A stretch of DNA of 62,381 nt from a virus. Lineage: Duplodnaviria > Caudoviricetes. Shown one piece after another: positions 50,894-59,318 of this stretch. The DNA lies in the IMG/VR virus record IMGVR_UViG_3300013125_000007, positions 1 to 62,381 of that record. One strand, given 5' to 3'. Numbering within the stretch: the first letter of the stretch is position 1; each line of letters opens with the position of its first letter. Under the pieces are notes generated by a model. That model did not search any database and was not told the origin of the DNA. It saw nothing but the letters and a program-made list of their open reading frames with translations. The position numbers were made by a program, and so were the translations under genes.

Positions 50894-51502
50894 ATGAAAA
50901 AACTTTTAATTGAATGTAGTAATTTTTCTCCTACTAGTATGGTATTAGAAGGTACTAGTACTATTGGCAAAAAATTAATTGTTAGTGGTATTATACAACG
51001 GGCTAATACCAAAAATCAAAATGGTAGAGTATATCCTAGATCAATTTTAGAAAGAGTTGTACAAGATTATTTAATTTTAATTAAAGAAAGAAGATCTTTA
51101 GGTGAATTAGACCATCCAGATTCTGAAATTATAACACTCGCGAATGTATCTCACGTATTCACGGAAATTTGGTGGAAGGGTGATGATTTATATGGTAAGG
51201 TAGAAATTTTGGATACACCAAGTGGTAATATATTACGTAAACTATTTGAAGCCAAAATTAAACTTGGTATATCATCACGAGGTACAGGTAGTGTTAGAGA
51301 ACTGGCGACGGGTGGTGTTGAAGTATTAGAAGATTTTGATTTAATTGGATGGGACTTTGTTTCTAATCCATCTACACAAGGTGCATTTATGAATAAAATA
51401 AATGAATCTACTAAGAAACAACCACTTAATGAAAAAGCAGTGTGTCGTAATAAAGTAGACTGCTTAATAACAGAAATTTTAATAGACTTAAATAGGAAAT
51501 AA
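50894..51502 (+). CDS. gp21: Prohead core protease (gp21-like)
   Basis: NQNGRVYP, LGELDHP, NVSH, TPSGNIL, GISSRGTGS, DFVSNPS. Confidence 0.96.
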   Translation: MKKLLIECSNFSPTSMVLEGTSTIGKKLIVSGIIQRANTKNQNGRVYPRSILERVVQDYLILIKERRSLGELDHPDSEIITLANVSHVFTEIWWKGDDLYGKVEILDTPSGNILRKLFEAKIKLGISSRGTGSVRELATGGVEVLEDFDLIGWDFVSNPSTQGAFMNKINESTKKQPLNEKAVCRNKVDCLITEILIDLNRK

Positions 51503-51504
51503 TA

Positions 51505-51789
51505 ATGCGAATTAAGATCCAACGTGTGAAAGCATGGGAAGCAGATAATGCTCCAATAGTATGGGGATTTTTTGGTGTACCTGTAGGTGTAAGTGGTGTA
51601 TTTAAAGAAATGAATTCTAAATTAAATGAATCATCAAGTAATACTGGTGAAAAAAGTGAAAAATTTTATTTTGATAATATACGAAAAATTTGGTATACTA
51701 AAGACAAAAGATCAGTTGAAATAGCAAGAGAAAAAATAGAAAAAATATTTGCTAATAGCAATATATCTTTAATTTGGAATATAATTTAA
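51505..51789 (+). CDS. Hypothetical protein
   Basis: 94-aa ORF 2 nt after the protease gene. Confidence 0.65.
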   Translation: MRIKIQRVKAWEADNAPIVWGFFGVPVGVSGVFKEMNSKLNESSSNTGEKSEKFYFDNIRKIWYTKDKRSVEIAREKIEKIFANSNISLIWNII

Positions 51790-51848
51790 TAAAAGCTATG
51801 GCATATAGTAAATTTAATAAATTTAAAGACTTTTAATAAGATAATATA

Positions 51849-52031
51849 ATGAAAAAATCAGAATTAAAACAAATAATTACATCTGTTATATTAGAATCTA
51901 TATACGATACACGTGAAGAGTGTGGCGCTAAAGGTGCGCTTAGATATAATCGCTCAGGTCAATTATTAAATCCAAAATCTATTATATTTAGTACTGATAA
52001 GATGCTATGTAAAAGTGTGCAGATATTTTAA
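51849..52031 (+). CDS. MKKSELKQII-leader protein 1 (possibly frameshift-truncated)
   Basis: First 26 nt identical to 52562; coding-like but stop-riddled sequence continues to about 52150. Confidence 0.55.
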   Translation: MKKSELKQIITSVILESIYDTREECGAKGALRYNRSGQLLNPKSIIFSTDKMLCKSVQIF

Positions 52032-52150
52032 TTAAAAATAAACGTAGAGTAGTATAATAAATTATTACGTAACTAATAACTTATATCGATATAGTATTTT
52101 AAGTATAGTAGCGAAATTGAAACTGTAATTGCAATAAATGGAGAAAATAA

Positions 52151-52510
52151 ATGAATAAATTTGCTGGAATATTATTAACATCAAGAACACAAATGCATAT
52201 AGCACATTTACAAGTACAATCTTATGCTGCACATATGGCTCTTAATGCATATTATGATGGTATCGTTGGATTAATTGACGGTTTAGTAGAAGAGTATCAA
52301 GGTAAATACGGAATTGTAAAAGGGTATAAAATAATTGGTATTAAAGATATGGATACCCCTGAAGCTATATTAACATATTTGAAATCAATATTAAAATTCG
52401 TAGAAGTAGCTAGAAAACAATTACCTCAAGATACCAATATTCAAAATAATATTGATGCAATAGTAACTCTATTAGATAGTACAATTTATAAACTAACATT
52501 TTTAAAATAA
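52151..52510 (+). CDS. Ferritin/Dps-like four-helix protein (DUF5856-like)
   Basis: QMHIAHLQ..SYAAHMAL..YYD....IDGLVEEYQGKYG...TIYKL. Confidence 0.8.
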   Translation: MNKFAGILLTSRTQMHIAHLQVQSYAAHMALNAYYDGIVGLIDGLVEEYQGKYGIVKGYKIIGIKDMDTPEAILTYLKSILKFVEVARKQLPQDTNIQNNIDAIVTLLDSTIYKLTFLK

Positions 52511-52561
52511 AATCTGAAATGTTAGAATTAAAAAAAATAATCAATAAAATAAGGCAACTAT

Positions 52562-52954
52562 ATGAAAAAATCAGAATTAAAACAAATTATATTAACAGAA
52601 CTAAAACGTTATTTAGTATTAGAAGATAAACCTACGACTGGTTGGGTTTTCGATCAAAATAATACTGTAAAATTATTAGCTAAAGCTATGGGTCAGGGAT
52701 TTAAGGTAGGTTTAGGATATGAATATGATAACAGAGTAGAATTTAATTTTAACTCGTGGCATGGTGAAAAATTTCCAAATCTTAAAGAATTTATAAAAGT
52801 TGTAAAAACAATTCCTGGAATTTTAAAATATGTAAATATATCAAAAGCGCACCAAATACTTGGTCAAGCTGATAGTAAAAGAGTAAGAACATTTGTAATT
52901 CCTAAATTACCACAATATTTTATGAAACCTACTAAATATTATAATGTTTTATAG
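52562..52954 (+). CDS. MKKSELKQII-leader protein 2 (putative internal head protein)
   Basis: Leader MKKSELKQIILTELKRYLVLE then an unrelated domain. Confidence 0.75.
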   Translation: MKKSELKQIILTELKRYLVLEDKPTTGWVFDQNNTVKLLAKAMGQGFKVGLGYEYDNRVEFNFNSWHGEKFPNLKEFIKVVKTIPGILKYVNISKAHQILGQADSKRVRTFVIPKLPQYFMKPTKYYNVL

Positions 52955-52975
52955 TTTGTTAAGTAAAGGAGACGT

Positions 52976-53374
52976 ATGACTCAAATTATCATAAGTAAGT
53001 TAATTAAAGAAGAGCAAGAAAAAAAAGAAGCTCAAATACTAACACCTGACCAGAAGAAACAATTTTTAGAAACAGTTTCTAATTATAATTCATATAGGAA
53101 TAAATTAAAAACTGAAACAGATTTAGTTCAAATGGCCAATGAGTTATGTACAATTGCTGATACTGCACAAAGTTTAGCATTAAATGAAACTGATGAATGG
53201 TTTGATACTATAACAATTAATAGAAATATGAAAGAATTAAAAAAGATAAATGAACTTTTTAATTCATCAGCAAAAGATGCAAAACTTTTACAAGATAGAA
53301 TGTTATCTTTATATGAAGATATGGGTCACATTTTAGGTAGGTATTTCGATATTAAAACTAATAAGGTAAGTTAA
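52976..53374 (+). CDS. Head-module helical protein
   Basis: AAGGAG RBS; WFDTITINRNMKEL, LYEDMGHILGRYF. Confidence 0.85.
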   Translation: MTQIIISKLIKEEQEKKEAQILTPDQKKQFLETVSNYNSYRNKLKTETDLVQMANELCTIADTAQSLALNETDEWFDTITINRNMKELKKINELFNSSAKDAKLLQDRMLSLYEDMGHILGRYFDIKTNKVS

Positions 53375-53376
53375 AT

Positions 53377-53655
53377 ATGATAAATATATTCAATAAAATA
53401 GGTAATTTTTTTGTTAAAGCAATTACATTTAATAATAATATATCATCAACTAGATTAATCGCGGTTTGGAGCGGATTTGTATTTTCTATATCTTTAGTAT
53501 ATGGATTTAGTGTAGTATTAATATATTATAAAGATTTAATTATACAATACGCTGGAATTTTATTGGGTGGGTTGCTTGGAACCTTAGGTGTTAAGGCATA
53601 TGAGAAAAAAGGAACAACAACTTTAAGTACAAAATTAAACAATAGTACAAATTAG
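53377..53655 (+). CDS. Two-TM membrane protein, holin-like
   Basis: ISSTRL followed by two hydrophobic helices and a basic tail. Confidence 0.6.
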   Translation: MINIFNKIGNFFVKAITFNNNISSTRLIAVWSGFVFSISLVYGFSVVLIYYKDLIIQYAGILLGGLLGTLGVKAYEKKGTTTLSTKLNNSTN

Positions 53656-53714
53656 ATAAAAATATCGATAACTAATATATATAATAGTAATTTTCAATAA
53701 ATAATGAGGTTAAT

Positions 53715-53963
53715 ATGTCCGGTATAACTGTTAAAGTTAGACAAAGTAAATTCAGTTCAAATGATAAAAAATATAATGATGATATTAAATTAAATGTAGA
53801 TAGAGCATTAAATTTATTTAAAAAAAAAATTAAAGATTCTAGGTTAATGATAGAAATAAACGAAAGACAATATTTCATAAAACCTAGTATTAAACGTAAA
53901 CTTAAACATTCAAAAGCAGTTGCTAGGAACAAATTTTTAAATAATGTTAAAAACAATAGTTAA
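53715..53963 (+). CDS. rpsU: 30S ribosomal protein bS21 (phage-encoded)
   Basis: V.V...NVDRALNLFKKK......EINERQYFIKPSIKRK....KA. Confidence 0.9.
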   Translation: MSGITVKVRQSKFSSNDKKYNDDIKLNVDRALNLFKKKIKDSRLMIEINERQYFIKPSIKRKLKHSKAVARNKFLNNVKNNS

Positions 53964-54129
53964 TTATATAATAAATAGACGAATACGTTATATCTCTGAT
54001 AAAATTAAAGATACAGAAGAAATGACGTATAAGTTAAAAGAATTACATAACCAATTAAAAGTTGATAGTATTTTATCTGCTGTTAATTCAAATCAATTAT
54101 CGACAAATCATATATACAATAAGGAATAA
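53944..54129 (+). CDS. Hypothetical protein
   Basis: 61-aa ORF filling the gap between rpsU and the next gene. Confidence 0.5.
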   Translation: MLKTIVNYIINRRIRYISDKIKDTEEMTYKLKELHNQLKVDSILSAVNSNQLSTNHIYNKE

Positions 54130-54131
54130 AT

Positions 54132-54368
54132 ATGCCTTCACTTACACCCACACCACATTTTAATTCAGAAGGATGGGATACATATGCACGATTAGTTTTA
54201 AATAAATTAGAAGATCATGACAATTTATTAAACGAAATTAATAAAGAGTTAACACTTATACGAGTAGAAATTAGTATGCTTAAAGTTAAATCTGGTGTAT
54301 GGGGTTTGGTTGGTGGGTTAATTCCAGTAACTATAGCTGTAATAGTAGCAATTTTAAGAATTATATAA
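54132..54368 (+). CDS. Coiled-coil protein with C-terminal TM helix (XhlA/holin-like)
   Basis: Heptad segment then GVWGLVGGLIPVTIAVIVAIL; AAGGA RBS. Confidence 0.65.
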   Translation: MPSLTPTPHFNSEGWDTYARLVLNKLEDHDNLLNEINKELTLIRVEISMLKVKSGVWGLVGGLIPVTIAVIVAILRII

Positions 54369-54434
54369 TTATTGAAAATATTTTTAGAAAAACTGAATTT
54401 TTCTTTAAATTTTCTATATATATAAACACTAAAT

Positions 54435-54498
54435 ACGTTATTCTTATATAACGTCCACAAACATAACAAATCTTATTAAACTCCTTAATGAGTTTAAT
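54435..54498 (+). promoter_or_regulatory. Two-hairpin 5' leader of the scaffold-capsid operon
   Basis: ACGTTAT/ATAACGT (54435-54454) and ATTAAACTC/GAGTTTAAT (54475-54498). Confidence 0.5.
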
Positions 54499-54525
54499 CC
54501 AAAATTTTAATAATTGGAGATACAA

Positions 54526-55638
54526 ATGAGTGATATTTTAAAAAATGCGGTAGCACGTGCTAAGGTTCTTAGAAACGTTGCTATCGAAAATGCAAAGACT
54601 ATGTTAATTGAGTCTTTAGATGACAAAGTTGAAGGTATCTTAAGTAATAAACTTAAATCAGAAATGGAAGACGAAGATCCAGACAACTTAGAATCAACAG
54701 ATGATGAAGATGAAACATTTACAGAAGAAGATGAAAGCCAATCTGTAGATGATACCGACGATACAGTTGATTTCAAATCTGAAAGTTTTGAAGAGGATCC
54801 TGATCAAGAAGAAATCACTGAGGAAGATGAAAGTCAACCTAAAGATGATACTGATGTGACAGACGACTTTAAAGCTGAAGGTGCTGAAAAAGTAGATACA
54901 ACTTCAGATGATGAAGGTGTAGATACTGAATTAGAAAACATTATCAGAGAATTAGACGACGAAAATGATGAACTTGAAGACGATGAGACTGAACTTTCTG
55001 AAACAGAAGTTTCAGCTGATGACGAATTTGAAGATGACTCTAAGGTTGCTCCTGAACTTGAAGAGATTGACGGAATTGAAAATTCAGATGATGATGAAGA
55101 AATTGACGTTGATTTAACTGACGAAGGTATAGATGATGATGAAGGTGATATAATTCCCGAGGATGATGATCCAGAAGATAAAATACCTGAACCTAAACTT
55201 GAATCATTAAAATCACAAAATCAAAAACTTAAAGTTGAAGTTGCAAAAAGAAATAAAGTAATTAATAAATTGGTTGAACAAATTGAAGAATTGAATCTAT
55301 TCAATTATAAATTAGCTCATACTACCAAGTTGTTTAAGAAATATAATCTTTCTAATACTTCAAAAATGAAAGTGATTGAAACATTTGATAGAGCAAAAAC
55401 TATACGTGAAGTAAAACTTATATATGCTACACTCGCTGAATCATATAGAGGTGGATCTGCACCTAAAGTTGCTGTATCTAAAACTGTAAAGTCTATTAAA
55501 AATATAAATGAAGTAAAAGGTGGTGCTAGTAAATCAATATTAAGTGATTCATTATTTAATGCAACTACAGTATTGACTGAAGGTACTAAATTTACAAATA
55601 GACTTGCTACATTAGCTAATCTTAATAAAAAAAAGTAA
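54526..55638 (+). CDS. Prohead core scaffold protein (gp22-like)
   Basis: Directly upstream of the capsid gene; very acidic centre; ELNLFNYKL..FDRAKTIREVKLIY; ends RLATLANL; ATG 54526 has a GGAGA RBS. Confidence 0.8.
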   Translation: MSDILKNAVARAKVLRNVAIENAKTMLIESLDDKVEGILSNKLKSEMEDEDPDNLESTDDEDETFTEEDESQSVDDTDDTVDFKSESFEEDPDQEEITEEDESQPKDDTDVTDDFKAEGAEKVDTTSDDEGVDTELENIIRELDDENDELEDDETELSETEVSADDEFEDDSKVAPELEEIDGIENSDDDEEIDVDLTDEGIDDDEGDIIPEDDDPEDKIPEPKLESLKSQNQKLKVEVAKRNKVINKLVEQIEELNLFNYKLAHTTKLFKKYNLSNTSKMKVIETFDRAKTIREVKLIYATLAESYRGGSAPKVAVSKTVKSIKNINEVKGGASKSILSDSLFNATTVLTEGTKFTNRLATLANLNKKK

Positions 55639-55653
55639 CTGGAGAAAATATAG

Positions 55654-57270
55654 ATGAAAAATCTTAATGTTCAACAACTATTAAATGGTAGAAATCCTCA
55701 AGAGGTTCTTCTAAATGAAACCAGAAAATTAGTTGGAAAATGGGAGCCTACAAGACTGTTAGAGGGCTTAAAAAATGAAACAGAAATTCGTGGTATGGCT
55801 GTCCTTTTGGAAAACCAAGCACGTCAATTAATTAAAGAATCATCAAGAGTGTCTGGTGATGGTGCCGAAGAATGGTCACCTATCGCATTAGCACTTGTTC
55901 GTAGAATCTTTGGTGAAACCGCAGCAAAGGAATTTGTTTCTGTTCAACCTATGAATTTACCTTCAGGCCTAGTATTTTTCTTAGATTTCAAATATGGTTC
56001 AGGTAATCAACCTGGATTTAAATTTAATCATTCAATATATGGTGGTGATTCTGCATCAAACGGTACTCCTGGTTTATTCGGTAGAACTACTGATGCTTCA
56101 GGTGGTCTTTATGGTGCAGGTCGTTTTGGATATTCTATTAATAACTTTGTAACAAGTTCATTAACAGGTACTCAAGCAAGTGCGTCATGGGCAGAATGTA
56201 ATTATAATACTGATCTTTCAGCTTCAGTTGTTAGTGGTAATATGAAAAAAGTTACAGTAACAATGAACGGTGATATCGATGAACAAGGTGTTAGAGCATT
56301 CAAACTTACTTCAGGTTCAACTGAACTTGTTTATTTCCCTGAATATACTTCAGCTGCACAAAGTGGTACACAGTATTTGGTAACATTTATTGTAAGTCAA
56401 TCTGCTGCTTTTGGTGCATTGAATGCATTTAATGTTTATTATCATAAACAACCAACTGCAGATGCTAGAGGTGATTTTGAAGATCAATCGTTCTCAGGTT
56501 CTTATCAATCACTTGATATTCCTGAAATCGACATTGTGTTAAAATCAGAACCAATTGTTGCTAAAACTCGTAAGTTGAAAGCAGTTTGGACTCCTGAATT
56601 AACACAAGATTTGAGCGCATATCACTCAATCGATGCTGAAGCAGAATTAACAAGTATGTTAAGTGAATACATTACCATGGAAATCGATCTTGAAATTCAA
56701 GATATGCTTATCCAAAATGCAGATACAACTGAAGTTTGGTCAGCACGTGTAGGTTTCGAATATGATGCTACTACTAATGTATTTAATCAAACAGCTGTGA
56801 ACAATCAAGCTTATACGAAATCAACTTGGTTCCAAACACTTGGTACTAAATTACAAAAAGTAAGTAACACTATTCATAAGAAAACTCTTCGTGGTGGTGC
56901 TAACTTTGCTGTAGTATCCCCTGATGTAGCAACTATTCTTGAATCAATTCCTGGATATATGGTTGATACTGATGGCGACAAAATGACATTCGCAATGGGT
57001 GTTACAAAAGCCGGTTCATTTGCAAATAGATACACCATTTACAAGAATCCATATATGACTAGTAATGTAATATTACTTGGTTATAAAGGTGGTTCATTCT
57101 TGGAATCAGGTGCCGTTTATGCGCCTTATGTACCTTTGATCAGCACGCCTGTAGTTTATGATTACGATAACTTTACTCCTAGAAAAGGTGTAATGACTCG
57201 TTATGCTAAAAAAATGATTAGACCTGAATTTTATGGTCGTATCATAGTAGCAGATCTTAACTATGTGTAA
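55654..57270 (+). CDS. gp23: Major capsid protein (gp23-like)
   Basis: LLENQ, VSVQPMNLPSGLVF, AKTRKLKAVWTPELTQDL, YAPYVPL, PRKGVMTRY. Confidence 0.97.
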   Translation: MKNLNVQQLLNGRNPQEVLLNETRKLVGKWEPTRLLEGLKNETEIRGMAVLLENQARQLIKESSRVSGDGAEEWSPIALALVRRIFGETAAKEFVSVQPMNLPSGLVFFLDFKYGSGNQPGFKFNHSIYGGDSASNGTPGLFGRTTDASGGLYGAGRFGYSINNFVTSSLTGTQASASWAECNYNTDLSASVVSGNMKKVTVTMNGDIDEQGVRAFKLTSGSTELVYFPEYTSAAQSGTQYLVTFIVSQSAAFGALNAFNVYYHKQPTADARGDFEDQSFSGSYQSLDIPEIDIVLKSEPIVAKTRKLKAVWTPELTQDLSAYHSIDAEAELTSMLSEYITMEIDLEIQDMLIQNADTTEVWSARVGFEYDATTNVFNQTAVNNQAYTKSTWFQTLGTKLQKVSNTIHKKTLRGGANFAVVSPDVATILESIPGYMVDTDGDKMTFAMGVTKAGSFANRYTIYKNPYMTSNVILLGYKGGSFLESGAVYAPYVPLISTPVVYDYDNFTPRKGVMTRYAKKMIRPEFYGRIIVADLNYV

Positions 57271-57300
57271 GTGTTATAAGTTAATATAAACAAATAACTT

Positions 57301-57328
57301 AAGGGTAGTAGAAATACTACCCTTTTTT
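57301..57328 (+). terminator. Rho-independent terminator after the capsid gene
   Basis: AAGGGTAGTA-GAAA-TACTACCCTT followed by a T tract. Confidence 0.9.
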
Positions 57329-57443
57329 ATTTCTCTAACCTACAAACTAGATAATAGGTTATAATTTTACGGAATAGTTATTTATCATCACTTCATACAT
57401 ATTTATATGTAATGAACATATTAAATACAAAGGTTAGAATTTT

Positions 57444-59267
57444 ATGGAAATCTGTAAATTGTGTCAAAAACAATTTAAAACAAACAAATCATTATCATAT
57501 CATTTTACTACAACACACCACATAGATTACATTAAATGGTTATTAGATAACAATATGTTAACAATACCAAAATGTAAAGTATGTCATACAGATATTAATA
57601 TAATATTTGGAAGAGGAAGGGCTAAGATACTAAATTCACCAAGTGAATTAATTTATTGTAGTAATAAATGTAAATTAAATTCACCTGAATATAAAATAAA
57701 AATGTCAGATTTGGGTAAATCTAATGCGCATTATATGACAGACAGAATTATATCTAAAGAAGAAAAAGAAAAAAAATCTATATCTACTAAAAATTCATGG
57801 TTAGATAAAGATATAAGAAATTCAAGAATAAATAATATGAAATTATATAAAAATACTTCAATTCATAATGAACATATTTCGAATGCACTCAAAGGAATAA
57901 AACGTAGTACAGAATATAAAAATAAAATGTCAAAAATTATAAGTGAAAAATATATTAATGGTGAATTTATGTCTACTAAAATAAAATTTAATTCTGTAAA
58001 GGCTGGAAAATTACTTCATTTAATGTCATCATATGAATTTAAGTTTGCATTGTATTTAGATATTAATCCAAACGTAACATTGGTACAATATCAACCATTT
58101 TATTTAAAATCTAATAATAAAAGATATATACCTGATTTTTATTATGAAGAAAATAATAAAAAATATTTAGTAGAAATAGATAGATATAAAGGATATAAAG
58201 AAAAATACGGGTATGGTTGGAAATTACAACTTGCAAAGGAATGGTGTAATAATAATAATGCTACATTTTTATATATAGATTTAACGGATATATGTGCAAT
58301 GTGGAAAGAAAATATTCCTACTTTAAATATATATGATATTAACCTTGATATACAACCATATAACACATACGCAATAGAGCAAATGACTCAAATGTTAATT
58401 CATTCAAAATTATATATATCAATACCTAAAAATGATGTATCAAAACATATTGATGAAGACTTTATTAAATTAAATTATGTGTCGAATAGAAAATTTAATA
58501 CTACACCATACACAACGTTGGGTTATTATGATAATTATTGGGATTGTAAATGGAAAATTGCTAGATTTTCACCCAATAATGCGATAAATTATAAAACTAC
58601 ATTAAAAACAATATTAAATAATATTGCTAAAAAAAATATTCAAATTAATGGTACCACTTTAATTTCTCAAATAAAAAGTGAAAGATATTCAATATCAGTT
58701 TTTCCTGAACAGTGGGCAGAATGGATATATAAAAAATTATTAACAAAAACTAATCATCTATCTATATTAGACATATGTGGTGGGTTTGGTGGTCGAATAT
58801 TAGGATTTAATAAATTTTTAAATGGATATAAAAATTATGATTATACATATGTAGACGCAAATAAATATAATTGCATTAATACACAACATATGTGTAATCA
58901 TTTAGGCATTAAAAATGTAACATATATTAATAATATGTTTGAAAATGTATTAGAATTATATAATAAAAAATATAATTTAATGTTTACTTCAATTCCGTAT
59001 TATGATTTAGAAAAATATAATGATATAGATATTGAGAAAATATATGTGTCAAAAGAATTATTTATTTCCAAATTTATTAACAATATTTTTAAATTAGATT
59101 GTAATGTCATATGTATTAATATATCTCAAAAATATTCACATATCCTAAACAATGACTTTGTTAATTATAATTCATATAAACACATAAATACATTTTCTAT
59201 AGAAATGAGTAAACACCCATTTCAAACCCAACAAAATACAGAACTATTTTATGTGTATACGAAATAA
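57444..59267 (+). CDS. Fusion of Zn-finger/NUMOD-like DNA-binding region, TnsA-like PD-(D/E)XK endonuclease and amino-DNA methyltransferase
   Basis: CKLC..H...H, CKVC, YCSNKC; SSYE..F..YLD....QP...RYIPDF...LVEI; ILDICGGFGGR and FTSIPYY. Confidence 0.8.
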   Translation: MEICKLCQKQFKTNKSLSYHFTTTHHIDYIKWLLDNNMLTIPKCKVCHTDINIIFGRGRAKILNSPSELIYCSNKCKLNSPEYKIKMSDLGKSNAHYMTDRIISKEEKEKKSISTKNSWLDKDIRNSRINNMKLYKNTSIHNEHISNALKGIKRSTEYKNKMSKIISEKYINGEFMSTKIKFNSVKAGKLLHLMSSYEFKFALYLDINPNVTLVQYQPFYLKSNNKRYIPDFYYEENNKKYLVEIDRYKGYKEKYGYGWKLQLAKEWCNNNNATFLYIDLTDICAMWKENIPTLNIYDINLDIQPYNTYAIEQMTQMLIHSKLYISIPKNDVSKHIDEDFIKLNYVSNRKFNTTPYTTLGYYDNYWDCKWKIARFSPNNAINYKTTLKTILNNIAKKNIQINGTTLISQIKSERYSISVFPEQWAEWIYKKLLTKTNHLSILDICGGFGGRILGFNKFLNGYKNYDYTYVDANKYNCINTQHMCNHLGIKNVTYINNMFENVLELYNKKYNLMFTSIPYYDLEKYNDIDIEKIYVSKELFISKFINNIFKLDCNVICINISQKYSHILNNDFVNYNSYKHINTFSIEMSKHPFQTQQNTELFYVYTK

Positions 59268-59292
59268 AATACTCACATAATTTATAAACATA

Positions 59293-59318
59293 AAGGCTAG
59301 TAGAGATACTAGTCTTTT
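59293..59318 (+). terminator. Rho-independent terminator, related to 57301-57328
   Basis: AAGGCTAGTA-GAGA-TACTAGTCTT followed by a T-rich tail. Confidence 0.8.

Noticed and set aside
54660-55190. GAT/GAA-rich repeats in the scaffold gene as a DNA repeat element
   Set aside because: Explained by an Asp/Glu low-complexity protein region, including one short internal duplication (TEEDESQ).
44903-57270. Inteins or introns in terminase, portal or capsid genes
   Set aside because: Protein lengths are typical, motifs are contiguous and no intein splice-junction motifs are seen.
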